A program made the translations under genes and the position numbers. Shown in pieces: positions 50,772 through 62,132 of a stretch of DNA of 64,000 bases; the first letter of the stretch is position 1, and the number at the start of each line of letters is the position of its first letter. The notes beneath the pieces are model-generated. The model was not told where the DNA came from. It made no database searches and worked only from the letters and a program-made list of their open reading frames with translations. The stretch lies in the IMG/VR virus record IMGVR_UViG_3300029288_005873, positions 64,001 through 128,000 of that record. One strand, 5' to 3'. Origin of the DNA: a virus (Duplodnaviria > Caudoviricetes).

Positions 50772-51677
50772 TTATTCCATGACTTTTGCCATCGCTTCTC
50801 CGATGGCTGTCACAACTGGCACTGGTACAGAATTGCCAATCTGTCTGTATGCCTGTGTCTTTGTTTTTGGCAGCTTAAAACTATCTGGAAAACCCTGCAT
50901 CCTTGCCCATTCGCGAGGCGTTAACCTTCTTATGATCGTACCATCAAACACCAGAATACGATCACCACTTGTTACCAATGTATTCCCAATCTCATCTGGA
51001 GTGTGAAGTGCTGGAAGAAAACGCCCCCCCCTATTGGGTCCTCTTTCATGCAACTTACGAAGATACCCAACCAGGACGGAATTCGAAGCGTTGAACTCAC
51101 TATCAACACCTTTTTGCATAATTGAGGATAAAGGTCTCATAAGCCCAGAATATCCTTCCGGAAACCTAAATGACGACCACGCTTTTTTGTTCCTGAAACC
51201 AACTATGAATACGCGTTTGCGACGCTGCGGCAATCCAAATTCCTCAGCTCCAAGCACCTGCCATGATGCGCAATAGCCAAGGTCTTTCAATGTGCTCATG
51301 ATGATGTCCAAAGTCCGACCACCATCGTGGCTTACGAGACCTTTTACGTTCTCGAACAAGCATGCGGAAGGCTTAGATACATCCATAAGGCGAGCAAGCT
51401 CAAAGAACATGTTGCCTCTCGGATCACGGAAACCTTTCCGCTTACCAAGATGAGAGAAAGGCTGGCAAGGAAAACCTCCACACAAAACGGACGTGTGACA
51501 AGGCAACCAAGGTACATTACTTATGTTTGATCCTTTTGGCTGTTCCCCGAAATTATCTGCGTATGTTGTTCGTGCCGCATCATCTATTTCGCACGATCCA
51601 ACACAACTGAATCCAGCCCGTTCCATTCCTAGCCTGATTCCGCCCATCCCGGCAAAGGCATCGTAGAACGTCAACAT
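50772..51677 (-). CDS. dcm: C5 DNA cytosine methyltransferase (single-chain)
   Basis: FAGMGG, GGFPCQPFS, FENVKGL, PQRRKR, LTPRE.AR.QGFP, QIGNSV. Confidence 0.95.
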   Translation of the reverse strand: MLTFYDAFAGMGGIRLGMERAGFSCVGSCEIDDAARTTYADNFGEQPKGSNISNVPWLPCHTSVLCGGFPCQPFSHLGKRKGFRDPRGNMFFELARLMDVSKPSACLFENVKGLVSHDGGRTLDIIMSTLKDLGYCASWQVLGAEEFGLPQRRKRVFIVGFRNKKAWSSFRFPEGYSGLMRPLSSIMQKGVDSEFNASNSVLVGYLRKLHERGPNRGGRFLPALHTPDEIGNTLVTSGDRILVFDGTIIRRLTPREWARMQGFPDSFKLPKTKTQAYRQIGNSVPVPVVTAIGEAMAKVME

Positions 51678-51967
51678 TATCACACCTCGAAGTCGGCATC
51701 CCACAGACCAGAACCCCAGTCCTCATCATGGTTTATGTCTATTGGATTTATGTTGTCACAATCAGACCAGTCACTTTCATGTAGATGGTTAAGACCCAAG
51801 ACTTCCTCAATATCTATGCTAGGATTGATAGACGCCTCTCTACATCTTTTTCTGATCTCACTTAGGACCTTTTGCTCAGCTTCTTCACGCGTTTCTGCTT
51901 TCACACCCACCACAATCGTAGTTGAGCATGTTTTTTCAATGTCTACTCCGATTTTGAATTGTATCAT

Positions 51968-52357
51968 TCACTTCCTCTTTCGAAGTTCCTTTTCGGCCTC
52001 CAGCCAATCTTGCTCAGCATTCCCATCAACATAACCACGACCAGCATACTTCTTGAAGGCAAGCTGCTCGATCTCATTGTGCGTGGGCTGATATAGACTA
52101 TATCGCCTCTGTCTACCCTCCCCAGATGCCACAACAAGACCCTTGATCCTCATGTGGTAAAGAGTGGACGACACATCCGAACGGTGCTTGTTCGTGGTGC
52201 GATAGCCATTTGGGCGAACTCTTCTAAGTTCATCCTGCTTTAGACCAAGCATTTCTGCCGTCTCGTTTGCGATCATCGAAAACTTTAATGCTCCGTTGTG
52301 GTTAAGCAACGCATCAGTAACAGCCTCGATGTATTTTGATCTAGAACGTAGTGCCAT
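51968..52357 (-). CDS. winged-helix-like protein with C-terminal DUF2934
   Basis: IEQLAF..Y..RG...G.AEQDWLEAE.EL. Confidence 0.65.
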   Translation of the reverse strand: MALRSRSKYIEAVTDALLNHNGALKFSMIANETAEMLGLKQDELRRVRPNGYRTTNKHRSDVSSTLYHMRIKGLVVASGEGRQRRYSLYQPTHNEIEQLAFKKYAGRGYVDGNAEQDWLEAEKELRKRK

Positions 52358-52691
52358 TACTTACCTCCACGCGAACGACCTGGGCGTCGCTGAGATCCTT
52401 CTCTCCGCCTCATGGTCTCCCACTTGACTTCCTTACCAGTAGTTTCATCAATGATCTTTAGGACCTGATCCTTATTCACACGACGAACCGGCATGCCGCT
52501 ATAAATTCCATTCTTTGTTCTCGAAGCTCCCGAATACTTCTTCTTGTTATACCTCTTCAGAGATTCGACCAGGACATAATTTGTTCTAGCATCCAGGACG
52601 CGACACCTAATCTCCTGTAGCTTTTGACCAAACTGCGACGAATTCCTCTTAGCATACACCAGATACGTATGTTCACTTTTGCTAACTTGAC

Positions 52692-53157
52692 TCATTTAAT
52701 TTCTCCTTTTTCAATAATTTCCCTTACCACAATTAGTCGTTTACAGCGAATTTTTTGATTACTTGCCTTGGGCAAGAAAGTAACGCCGTCCAATGTCGTA
52801 GTCTCAAGCGACAAATTTGGAACACATATGACATCGTTTGGGTCTACAAGAACTTCCATAATTCGAATAAAAGAAGGTAGAACCCGCAAATAACTTTGCA
52901 CAACGCCATGTTCCAGCATGTAGACCTTTGGCGCACAAAACCATAGGATTTGTGTCTATATCATCATCCCTAACTTTAACTTCCGTTCCGGGTAGATAAA
53001 CATTGACACATCCGCGAACCGGACCAGGACTGCCAATATTAATATCTACTACATATAAGGAACCATATTCTTTTGTCACAGCTTTGTATAGAACAAGTTT
53101 CCCATTGCGTGTTCTAATATGGTATATCCTCACAAATTTCCTAAGTTCTTTTGTCAC
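52692..53157 (-). pseudogene. conserved phage protein split by a +1 frameshift near 52869-52872
   Basis: LYKAV...CAKGLHAG in ORF 1 continues as IMEVLVDPNDVICVP...KIRC in ORF 2. Confidence 0.65.
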
Positions 53158-53161
53158 TTTT

Positions 53162-53935
53162 TCACCTTACACACTTGTGACGACTGCCATCAAGTACATC
53201 AGGACGAAAACATTTGCGGCACTTGGTACATGCTCCCTTTACTGGCACCTTGTCTGCATCGACAGGACATACAGTAATAGGATCATCATATGGAAGAATC
53301 TTCTTCGATTGCTGTGCATTAAACACTATCCTTGCACCAAGTGTATCCTCATTCGCGAATCTTCTAAGAAAGCTAAAGTATAGACGAGGGTATTTATACC
53401 TAGATACGATAGCCTTTCTTCTTTTGCTATCGTTAGATCCATCCAAAGAAAACATAAGGTAAAGATTTTCAGCATCGTGACTTGGTACAAGTGATACCAT
53501 CTCAGGTTTACGTGTCACAACAAGCAGAACATCATCGGGATGTCTTCTAGAGAGACTGGATATAACTGCAGCAGATTCAGGAAAAAGGTCACCAACTCCA
53601 TTCCATCTCAAAAAAGTCATTCCCCTCTTGATATATTCTTCATGTATGCGTTCGGCTATTTCATCTGGATTAGCTTCTAAGAAGTATCTATATACTCTCC
53701 AATACTTTAGTATAGATTTTTCCCAAGTTATTGGTTTACCAGGCATTGCGCCATAACAGGTCTCAGAACAAACTGGACTAGGTCTACATGTTCCACTTGG
53801 CCCCAAGGGAAAATTTATAGAAAATCCAGTCTTAGCATTGCTGCTACAGATGCGCTCATGTGGTCCAAGTGATCTGTTTTCTACCGAAGAAAGAAGCTCA
53901 ATTTTCTTGCTTAACTTCCCGACAATGGATGTCAT
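53162..53935 (-). CDS. GP88-like Fe-S / radical-SAM-related phage protein
   Basis: N.K, TCRPSPVCSETCYG, RWNGVGD, CPVD...CTKCRKC. Confidence 0.7.
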   Translation of the reverse strand: MTSIVGKLSKKIELLSSVENRSLGPHERICSSNAKTGFSINFPLGPSGTCRPSPVCSETCYGAMPGKPITWEKSILKYWRVYRYFLEANPDEIAERIHEEYIKRGMTFLRWNGVGDLFPESAAVISSLSRRHPDDVLLVVTRKPEMVSLVPSHDAENLYLMFSLDGSNDSKRRKAIVSRYKYPRLYFSFLRRFANEDTLGARIVFNAQQSKKILPYDDPITVCPVDADKVPVKGACTKCRKCFRPDVLDGSRHKCVR

Positions 53936-54921
53936 TTCTTTCCCTCCATACGGTCCAGCAAAACGCTGTTCATGGCAGCCATTGCTGCAGTCAAAGTCAT
54001 ATTAGCTAAAGCTATGCTAAGGATAGGCTTTGCCCAGGCAGAAAAGAAGGCAAATAAAGAAAGGCATCCGAATCCGATCGAAAGGAGCGAAAACACCCAA
54101 AACAAAACCCTAATTGTTTTCCGCCCCATCAAAGACCCTTTCCAAATCCCAAACAGAACCAGAGTCGCGCACAAGACCAATGGCTGTCATGCCGTCCATT
54201 GTGTCGCGGCAGCTCCCTAGAATATCCATAAGTTTCGATACCTTCCTTGCCCAAACATTTCCACCGCTATCAAGTTCGGATGCTATATTCTTAGCTTTCT
54301 TCATCCTCATATTTAATTCCCTGAATAGCTGGAACGCTTCGCGCTTTGCACATTCTACAGCCGACTCGAGGTCGGTTACTTGCTTCTGTAGGCGTGTTGT
54401 AATCTCCGCCTCAAATTGTTTCTTAATCATTTTACACAACCTTCCAACATTAATGCCTGCGCACAACCAAGCTGGATACCATCCTGACACATTTTCCACC
54501 CCACAACCAGCAGCGGTGTTGTTCACGCCTGCGGATTGTCCGTTCCCTGCTTACCGGTATCTGCTTGGACACTATCCCGTACGCGATGAATGCGATCATC
54601 ACGTCCATGATATCGCGCAACCTTACTTGTTGGAACCAAAGGGGTAGGGATTTTATATTCTGGACGCGTCCACACCGTTCGTCCACATTTGCGGCATTTC
54701 GACCTTAAATGTCCAGCGTTTCCAACAGCCCCGCGCGGCTTTAGCTGACCCCCACAATGAGCACATCTTGTCTTCCCGTCACCCTTCTTCTGTTCACGCT
54801 GAGACTCACGTTTGCGCCTATGTAGATCGCCCAAAGTTCCAAAAAGGTCCCTACTGCCCCTCTGGCTTTTCCCATCGTGATGGCGCTTGTCATGGTTCCT
54901 GTTTCTTTTATCCATTTGTCC

Positions 54922-55647
54922 TTAAACTCCTTTTTTTCTACATCCAATCATCGGGCACTCCGCACATCGCGGATTGTCCAGTACACAATATGTTTTTCCT
55001 ATTCTGCGCAAACCTTCCCAAATCGCAACAACTGTTTTTGGATCAATAGGGCGCGGTGGATTAACAATACCCAATCTGATAAGCACCCTATTGATATCCG
55101 AGTTAGACTCAATGTCAACTCTATCCCATTCATTAATATCAACATCCCAATCTCTACCTAAAAGGAATGTAAATGCTAATGCTTTTACATTTCCAATACC
55201 AGGCACATCTACCAATCTACGAATTAGCCTTTGTGCTTCAATTCCACTGCCACGATTCCATATCAAAGCTGGATCGCCATCATACTGACCAACCACAAAA
55301 TCAGCCGCTCTACTTATCCATGTCCCCATTTTTGGTGGACTTACATGAAGTGCTGGTCGTCCACAAAGTGCTCGACGCAATCCATTTTCGCCAACATCTT
55401 TTATAGATTTTGCGTCCAAACATTCAATCCCAAGTCTGACTGATAGATTGTATGGAATTTCCCAAGGATGATCTGATCCATACATGCCCATGGCGCCAAC
55501 AAGAAGCGCCATGGGCTTTTTTGATGGGTTCGAAAACATCTCCAGTGCGTCACCCAATGGATATTGACATGGAACAGGTAAAGCCCATGAAGTAGCAATA
55601 TCCACTACACTGCTCCAGACTTCCATGTTAAGTCTTCCGCCCAACAA
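54922..55647 (-). CDS. HhH-GPD / endonuclease III-like DNA glycosylase with Fe-S motif
   Basis: VPGIGNVKA HhH; C...PRC.ECP...C. Confidence 0.8.
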   Translation of the reverse strand: MLGGRLNMEVWSSVVDIATSWALPVPCQYPLGDALEMFSNPSKKPMALLVGAMGMYGSDHPWEIPYNLSVRLGIECLDAKSIKDVGENGLRRALCGRPALHVSPPKMGTWISRAADFVVGQYDGDPALIWNRGSGIEAQRLIRRLVDVPGIGNVKALAFTFLLGRDWDVDINEWDRVDIESNSDINRVLIRLGIVNPPRPIDPKTVVAIWEGLRRIGKTYCVLDNPRCAECPMIGCRKKGV

Positions 55648-57931
55648 GAGCTATGTCAAGAGCTTCAGCAAGATGGTCAATAAGATGGATCTTCATTTCC
55701 TCAAGGACCTCTTTTGGAACATCCATGAGAGAATCCTCATTCGCTTTTGGAATCATAACCTCTCTGATTCCAGAACGATGAGCTGCAAGAAGCTTTTCAA
55801 CAACTCCTCCAACTGGCATTACACGACCACGCAATGAGATCTCTCCAGTCATTGCTATATCGTTACGAACTGGAAGCTTTGACAAAAGAGAAGCTACGGA
55901 CACAACAAGAGCCACACCAGCACTTGGACCATCCTTTGGAGTAGACCCAGATGGAATGTGTACGTGTATAGATGTCTTTGTAGCCACATCATCTGGAATA
56001 CCTATTGCCGAAGCATTAGATTTAATCCATGTATGCGCTATCTTTGCGGATTCTTGGAGAACCTGACCCAAGTTTCCTGTCATTAGTTCTATTTTTCCAC
56101 CTCCGCCAGGAACCTCAACTGACTCCACGAATAGTATGGATCCTCCACACGAGGACCATGCCAATCCTGTACTAATCCCCACCGCGCTTTCCTTGGCCAT
56201 ACGTTCGGCAAATAGCTTTGGAGGACCGAGGAGTCTGCTAACCATTTGTTGGTCAACAGATACAGATAGCGATTGACCTGCTGCCGCATCAACTGCCAAC
56301 TTTCTGAACACAGATCCACAATGTCTCTCTAGATTGCGAACTCCAGCTTCATTGGTATAAGCTTCAACAATGCGCACAAGTCCATCATCAGATATGTCCA
56401 CATTGTGATTGGTTAGACCATTTTTCGTTTTCTGTTTTGGGACAAGATGCTTTCTAGCTATCCTGACTTTATCAAACAACGAGTATCCTGGAAGTTCTAC
56501 AATATCCAACCTATCTCGCAACGCTGGTGGTAGAAGATGAGCGTCATTTGCTGTACTAATAAAGAACACTTGAGACAAGTCAAAAGGAATGTCTAGATAG
56601 TTATCCTTGAACGAATGGTTCTGTTCTGGATCAAGTATTTCAAGAAGAGCGGCAGCTGGATCACCATGGTTGTCTCGCATCAACTTGTCAATCTCGTCAA
56701 GCATGAAAACGGGATTTTTAACCTTGGCTTTACGCATCTCCTGTAGTATACGTCCAGGAAGAGCACCAATATACGTGCGTCTATGACCACGCATTTCAGC
56801 CTCATCACGCATACCACCAAGAGATGTTCGTATAAATATGCGTCCCATAGCACGTGCGATACTCTGACCAAGGCTTGTTTTTCCCACTCCCGGAGGACCG
56901 ACAAAACACAATATTGCCCCACCGCTCTTTCCAGTAAGCTGTCTGACAGCCAAAAACTCTAGGATTCTTTCTTTAGGAACCTTTAGACCATAATGGTCTT
57001 CATCCAAGATTCTTGCTGCCTCTTTAATATCTGCCTTATCTGTGCTAGCTTTATTCCACGGTAATGAAGCCATGACATCCAAATACGTCACTGTCAGGGA
57101 AAAATCCGCAGTACTTGGCGACATCATTTGTAGTCTAGAAAGTTCATTTAGAGCTACATTTCTAGCCTCATCAGGCATCCCAGCTTCACCAATTAATCGC
57201 CTAAGGCGTTTGATTTCCAGGTTTTTTGGATCCAATATAACCTGCTTTTCCGTAGTGGGATTCTCAGGTTGTGTATTGGTGGATTCCTTAACATCCTTGG
57301 CAGCCTGTTCTGCCATTCGCTCGCTCTCCCTCAAGACAAGACCAGCAATATGCATTCTCAGCATTTCAGCCCGCTTTTTTACATCAGACTCACGTAGCAT
57401 CAGGATCTTGCCATTGCCATCCAAAGAAATCCTATTAGCAACCGCGTCAATAAAATTTCCAAATTCGTGGTCATACTTGGGTCTCATCATTGGGGCAAAT
57501 GTAGAGGTAGACTCAAGCGATAGCGCTTGATTCTGAATATCCATAGCCATTTCGCCCAAATATTCAGTCATTTCGAACTTTGGTTCCTCAATAGGAATAC
57601 ACGCACATGATACAGACCCATTGCGCACAGATACATTACACACAAGAACGCGCCTAACGCCCTCTACAAAAATACGTTTCGACTCCCCTTGTAGTGGCGA
57701 TATGCTTTTTACAATGGCCTCACAACCCACATCCCATATGTTGACTCTAGAAATGTGTGGAACTTCAGGATTCCTAAAGAATCCAATAACCACATGATTC
57801 CCCACTTCTACAGACTCTTTGAGGGTTGACAAAGACAATTGGCGCGTTAGATCTATAGAGTTTGATTGTTTTGGGAAAAGGATGAAGCTTTGCCCGTTGA
57901 GGGCTATAAAGGGCAGTTTGATTGCTTCCAT
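55628..57931 (-). CDS. lon: Lon protease
   Basis: GPPGVGKTS, GHRRTYIGALPG, LDEIDK, PKDGPSAG, AMTGEISLRG. Confidence 0.97.
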   Translation of the reverse strand: MEAIKLPFIALNGQSFILFPKQSNSIDLTRQLSLSTLKESVEVGNHVVIGFFRNPEVPHISRVNIWDVGCEAIVKSISPLQGESKRIFVEGVRRVLVCNVSVRNGSVSCACIPIEEPKFEMTEYLGEMAMDIQNQALSLESTSTFAPMMRPKYDHEFGNFIDAVANRISLDGNGKILMLRESDVKKRAEMLRMHIAGLVLRESERMAEQAAKDVKESTNTQPENPTTEKQVILDPKNLEIKRLRRLIGEAGMPDEARNVALNELSRLQMMSPSTADFSLTVTYLDVMASLPWNKASTDKADIKEAARILDEDHYGLKVPKERILEFLAVRQLTGKSGGAILCFVGPPGVGKTSLGQSIARAMGRIFIRTSLGGMRDEAEMRGHRRTYIGALPGRILQEMRKAKVKNPVFMLDEIDKLMRDNHGDPAAALLEILDPEQNHSFKDNYLDIPFDLSQVFFISTANDAHLLPPALRDRLDIVELPGYSLFDKVRIARKHLVPKQKTKNGLTNHNVDISDDGLVRIVEAYTNEAGVRNLERHCGSVFRKLAVDAAAGQSLSVSVDQQMVSRLLGPPKLFAERMAKESAVGISTGLAWSSCGGSILFVESVEVPGGGGKIELMTGNLGQVLQESAKIAHTWIKSNASAIGIPDDVATKTSIHVHIPSGSTPKDGPSAGVALVVSVASLLSKLPVRNDIAMTGEISLRGRVMPVGGVVEKLLAAHRSGIREVMIPKANEDSLMDVPKEVLEEMKIHLIDHLAEALDIALVGRKT

Positions 57932-59271
57932 TATCTCACTCTTCGTCTTGATGGGTTTGTTTTCGCCTCAGCTTTCCTCTTTTCCTTGGCAGCCTCCTCT
58001 TCACTAATCATGTTACAGATTCTCTTCATCTGTTGTATCTGCTCAAGCATAGACTCAAAAGGAACTACAGAAGCACGTTTTGCGATTTCCTTAAGGTATG
58101 CTCCAGTCATCCCTTCAGTCTTAACCGCAATTCTATCGAATTCACGGTCCGTATACTGAACATGGAATTCCTTGGCATACGTCATAAGGATACTTTTCCT
58201 CTGGTTTTTGGTAAGTGGTTCAAACTCAACAATCTCATCGAACCTACCAGGTCGCCTTAGAGGTTCTGGGACTTCAGCCAAAGAGTTTACAGTTCCAATC
58301 AATAGGCGTCGACGTTCGCCAACCTTCCTGTTGATTCTCTCCATGTTCTCCAGCATTTCACTGGGTCGCCACATCTTATCCAGATCATCCAGAAGAAGTA
58401 CTGTAGGATCAATGATATCGATTAGGTCCTCAAGGATATTCCTTCCTCTTGTGCTGTCAAGTGTAGCACAAGATGCAACAAGAAGTCTACCACCGATCTT
58501 CTCGGCAAATCGGGCAGCCAAGGTTGTTTTGCCAATGCCAGGAGGACCGAAAAACAGGAGGGAGCGATTGAAGCCCAGCTTTTGAAGATTAGAGATACGC
58601 GCCATGAGCGCATCCTCATCAATGTGCGACACATATAGTGAAGTCGGAATGTCCAATGGACCTAGGTAGAAAAATTCATTCCAGCCTTTTGGAATGGTAT
58701 TTATAGTCAAAACACGTCCAAGCTTTTCCTCGACCGTTTGTGAAAACTGTCGTACAAAAGCTTTTTGGTCGAGCACAAAAGGTCCATCCTGATCCGTACC
58801 CGCAGAACCAGATTCTACAAACCAGACTTTTACACCACTACCAAGGTCAAACTCATCAATACCTTCCTGAGAGTTTTCTCCGTCGTCTTTGTCTTTTCCG
58901 GAATTCCATATACGCCTAACGGGAATATCCATCTGCCGCAGGGTATGAAATAGAAAGGTAGACATCATCGGAAACACTTTCAAAGCACCCATCTCCTTTA
59001 GGCGCTCATGAGCCTGTGGAGACTCTCCCTCAAACATTGAACTTATACAGCCATATGTTGAAATCGCACCAAGGGCTACCGATATCGGATCCTTGCGCTT
59101 TACTGCCGTATAAATATCAAGTACTTCCCTAGATACAGAAGCTACCTTGGACACTATACGCATAGCCTTGCGAACCTTAACCCGGCGCGCATTTTTGTTT
59201 GACTGAGCCCTGCGGTCGAGGTCGGCGGCATTATTTGCTACATAAGAGCCGAAATCGAAACCGATTGTCAT
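57931..59271 (-). CDS. AAA+ ATPase
   Basis: GPPGIGKT, LLDDLD, RPGRFD, GMTGAYLKE. Confidence 0.9.
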   Translation of the reverse strand: MTIGFDFGSYVANNAADLDRRAQSNKNARRVKVRKAMRIVSKVASVSREVLDIYTAVKRKDPISVALGAISTYGCISSMFEGESPQAHERLKEMGALKVFPMMSTFLFHTLRQMDIPVRRIWNSGKDKDDGENSQEGIDEFDLGSGVKVWFVESGSAGTDQDGPFVLDQKAFVRQFSQTVEEKLGRVLTINTIPKGWNEFFYLGPLDIPTSLYVSHIDEDALMARISNLQKLGFNRSLLFFGPPGIGKTTLAARFAEKIGGRLLVASCATLDSTRGRNILEDLIDIIDPTVLLLDDLDKMWRPSEMLENMERINRKVGERRRLLIGTVNSLAEVPEPLRRPGRFDEIVEFEPLTKNQRKSILMTYAKEFHVQYTDREFDRIAVKTEGMTGAYLKEIAKRASVVPFESMLEQIQQMKRICNMISEEEAAKEKRKAEAKTNPSRRRVR

Positions 59272-59463
59272 TTCTCCTCCGCAATTATCGTGCCTCTTTG
59301 CGCACGAAGATTAAGTAGATTATTCCATCCGTAGCTGGTGCAGCTCTAAGCGTCCACCCTTGGTCGAGTTTTTCTTGTACTTCCCTATGTAATTTATATG
59401 TACATCCGCTTGTGCGAGATGCACAAACTTCTACGATCTCACAGCGCATACAATGGGATTGCT

Positions 59464-60618
59464 TCATTTGTGTTTGCCGCCTTCTGTCAAAATCAGTTTG
59501 CGAATCAAAGCATCAATACGTTCTGGTCTGCTATCGTAGATTGCAAACATCATGCTTTTGACTATCTGCGATTGTGCGCACGCTATTTTGGCAAAATATT
59601 TACGTCTTGCTGTCTCAGTATCAAATAGCATTATGCCAATATTTGACGAGGAATAAAGATTTTCAGCCTCAGTCCTGAATGCCAATGCTTCATTCCGCAC
59701 CGCCACATATTTCCTATAGAACTCTCTGCCACCCTCTACGACCTCGAAATCATAATCATATTCACGCAACTTGGTGACTAGTTCATCCTCGGTAGACACC
59801 CCAGATAGGTCGACAAACTCTACAATCGTCTTGTATTTCATGGAGAACTTCATGCGATGATTTGCCAAATACCAAGCGCTCTTTACCTTCACAAATACCT
59901 GATCACCATTACACCTGGCAACAACCCCCTCTGTTCTCCAATCTTTCACTTCATTAAGCAATTCAATAGGATCCGATGGAAGCTCTTTCAAATCAACAAG
60001 CTTAAGACCTCCATCTACAGCAATCTCAATCACACGCTCCCATGGAATTATGGAAGGACCACAATGTTCTACTCCACCAAGAAACACTAGGTCCTGATTT
60101 TTATACCGAACTACAACCGCATTATCTGGGGCAACATATTCAAGCAAGAGAGAAACGTTAGGCATCCACGACGGATCAAGAAGTCTTGGATATTTCTCTG
60201 CCGCAACTTTATGGAACCTTTCGCCATATGGAACAGCCTGGCTATCGCCCCATTCTCCTCCAAACATAGTTCCACGAGTACGCATGATAACAGAGCCGTT
60301 TACAACACTCCGAATACATAGACTTCCATCTTCTTTGGAAGTCCAACGCACAACACCACTGTTGGCAAGTTCCCCTTTTAAAATGTCCGTATCTGTTCTA
60401 AATTCACCAAAGTTCCCAAATTTCGGCCACGAGCACGACACAATACGACCAGCACCATCAACCATAACAGACCGGAGCCATTTCTCCTCAGCTGTCCAAT
60501 CAAACTTGTTTTTCTTCGGGAACACAAGAAATAAGTCGCCATCGGATATAACTTTGAACTCCGTCCTATCAACAGCGGACAGGTCAAGGAACGCAATACC
60601 TTTCTCAGTTTTCCACAT
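59464..60618 (-). CDS. T4 Rnl1-like RNA ligase
   Basis: PKFGN, KEDGSL, TRG, LLEYV, EGVV, KVKS..Y. Confidence 0.85.
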   Translation of the reverse strand: MWKTEKGIAFLDLSAVDRTEFKVISDGDLFLVFPKKNKFDWTAEEKWLRSVMVDGAGRIVSCSWPKFGNFGEFRTDTDILKGELANSGVVRWTSKEDGSLCIRSVVNGSVIMRTRGTMFGGEWGDSQAVPYGERFHKVAAEKYPRLLDPSWMPNVSLLLEYVAPDNAVVVRYKNQDLVFLGGVEHCGPSIIPWERVIEIAVDGGLKLVDLKELPSDPIELLNEVKDWRTEGVVARCNGDQVFVKVKSAWYLANHRMKFSMKYKTIVEFVDLSGVSTEDELVTKLREYDYDFEVVEGGREFYRKYVAVRNEALAFRTEAENLYSSSNIGIMLFDTETARRKYFAKIACAQSQIVKSMMFAIYDSRPERIDALIRKLILTEGGKHK

Positions 60619-61216
60619 GGTGGTCCTCTCTGACGCAACTGTTTTCGCTTTTGAGTAGCGACGATGTCTTGATTAGACAGTTAAGTTTTTTCTTGTCAAC
60701 TTCTCCGATAACTTTGTCTTTACGTATTGTCTCAAACATAATACTATCATATATATAAGTATGTTTAAGACCAAATACATGACCAAGCTCATGGATAACT
60801 GTTGCTCGGATAAATTCTACTTTCGCAGTGAGTACAAAAATGTCCGACCCAAAACCCCCATGTTCCCATATTGTTGCCCCAAGGCAACTGTCGCGTTTGG
60901 GACACGGGCTCCCTTTTGTTGAGGTTACCGCATCAATTTGCCATTTTCTATGTCGACTATACAGAATATATTTGCCATCATGTCTAAATGTAAATACATC
61001 CTTGGATGTATCTCGCCATGTAGTTTTTAGGCAAAGTCTACCTTCAGATGCGCTTTCCCATTCATGTATGGCTTTGATTATTTCCTTACGCTCAACATCA
61101 GAAAATAGACTGTCGATTTCTAATCGTACGGTCCTGATACATTCGTCAACTGGCAAAGTGGTTCTAGACCCGCCACAGCACACAACCATGGACAAAAGCA
61201 CCAGGATTTTTGGCAT
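60605..61216 (-). CDS. matrixin-like (metzincin) metalloprotease, lipoprotein signal
   Basis: HELGHVFGLKH...SIM Met-turn. Confidence 0.85.
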   Translation of the reverse strand: MPKILVLLSMVVCCGGSRTTLPVDECIRTVRLEIDSLFSDVERKEIIKAIHEWESASEGRLCLKTTWRDTSKDVFTFRHDGKYILYSRHRKWQIDAVTSTKGSPCPKRDSCLGATIWEHGGFGSDIFVLTAKVEFIRATVIHELGHVFGLKHTYIYDSIMFETIRKDKVIGEVDKKKLNCLIKTSSLLKSENSCVREDHHVEN

Positions 61217-61227
61217 TTCTATTCCAA

Positions 61228-61554
61228 TCAGTTCATTAGAATGATCACCGAATGGTAGATCATTACCAAAGAGTACATAACCACATAGATCCCCATACCA
61301 ATCTTGGCAAGTCTATGTTTCCATGAGAAAAGAAGTATTACAGTCATAGCAAAATTGGCCAGAAGTTTCGGAAAGATCCACCAAATTCCCAAATGCTTCA
61401 TCAACCATGCTATTAGCGGTTGTCCTTCAGCCCCACCCAAATGACGAATAATGTATTCCGTAGTAACAACATCAGTTACCGCCAACAGAATAGTAACTGA
61501 AGCAAGCACCCAAGCCAGACGACTACGTGTCAATGGCATATGCCTTCCCTCCAT
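61228..61554 (-). CDS. small membrane protein (DUF5658-like)
   Basis: D..TT......EG.P..A.L; three TM helices. Confidence 0.6.
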   Translation of the reverse strand: MEGRHMPLTRSRLAWVLASVTILLAVTDVVTTEYIIRHLGGAEGQPLIAWLMKHLGIWWIFPKLLANFAMTVILLFSWKHRLAKIGMGIYVVMYSLVMIYHSVIILMN

Positions 61555-62132
61555 CTTTCCTTTGCATGCTCAAAAACTTCAGGAATGTCCGACAAATCTG
61601 TCACCGGAACAATCGGTCTAGCAATCCTGATGCCAATTTCAACACCCATTTCGACATTCTTGTGTAGCGATTCTGGATCATTTTTACCCATGTCATAAAC
61701 TTTGTCGAAAGCATGAAGTAGAAATTCCTCAAGCATCCCAGGCTGTGACAAAATATCGGGATCTCTCCTGACAACTTGTGCGATTGATTCAGCTAGCCCT
61801 TCAAATCTCCATTGATTTTGCGTTGGAATTCTCATAACTCCCCATATCCGTCATCAAGATCGCGCAAAATTGCAGCGTACTCAAGCATGGCTAAACCTTG
61901 TTCAGGATCTAGTCCAGCGTTTTCTGCGGCATCAGAATACAGAATGCGAAGCTCCTCGACAAGCTCGGCATCAACCAAGGATGAGAGTTCGTCATCATTA
62001 AGTGATTCATCTCTAAAACGCTCACGAAGACGCTCGGAAATATCATCCCTATTAGGAAAGGTAATTGTATCTGTGGCGGCAAGTAGTCTGTTATATTCGT
62101 CCTGGTCCATGCTCCATAAAATACGACATACT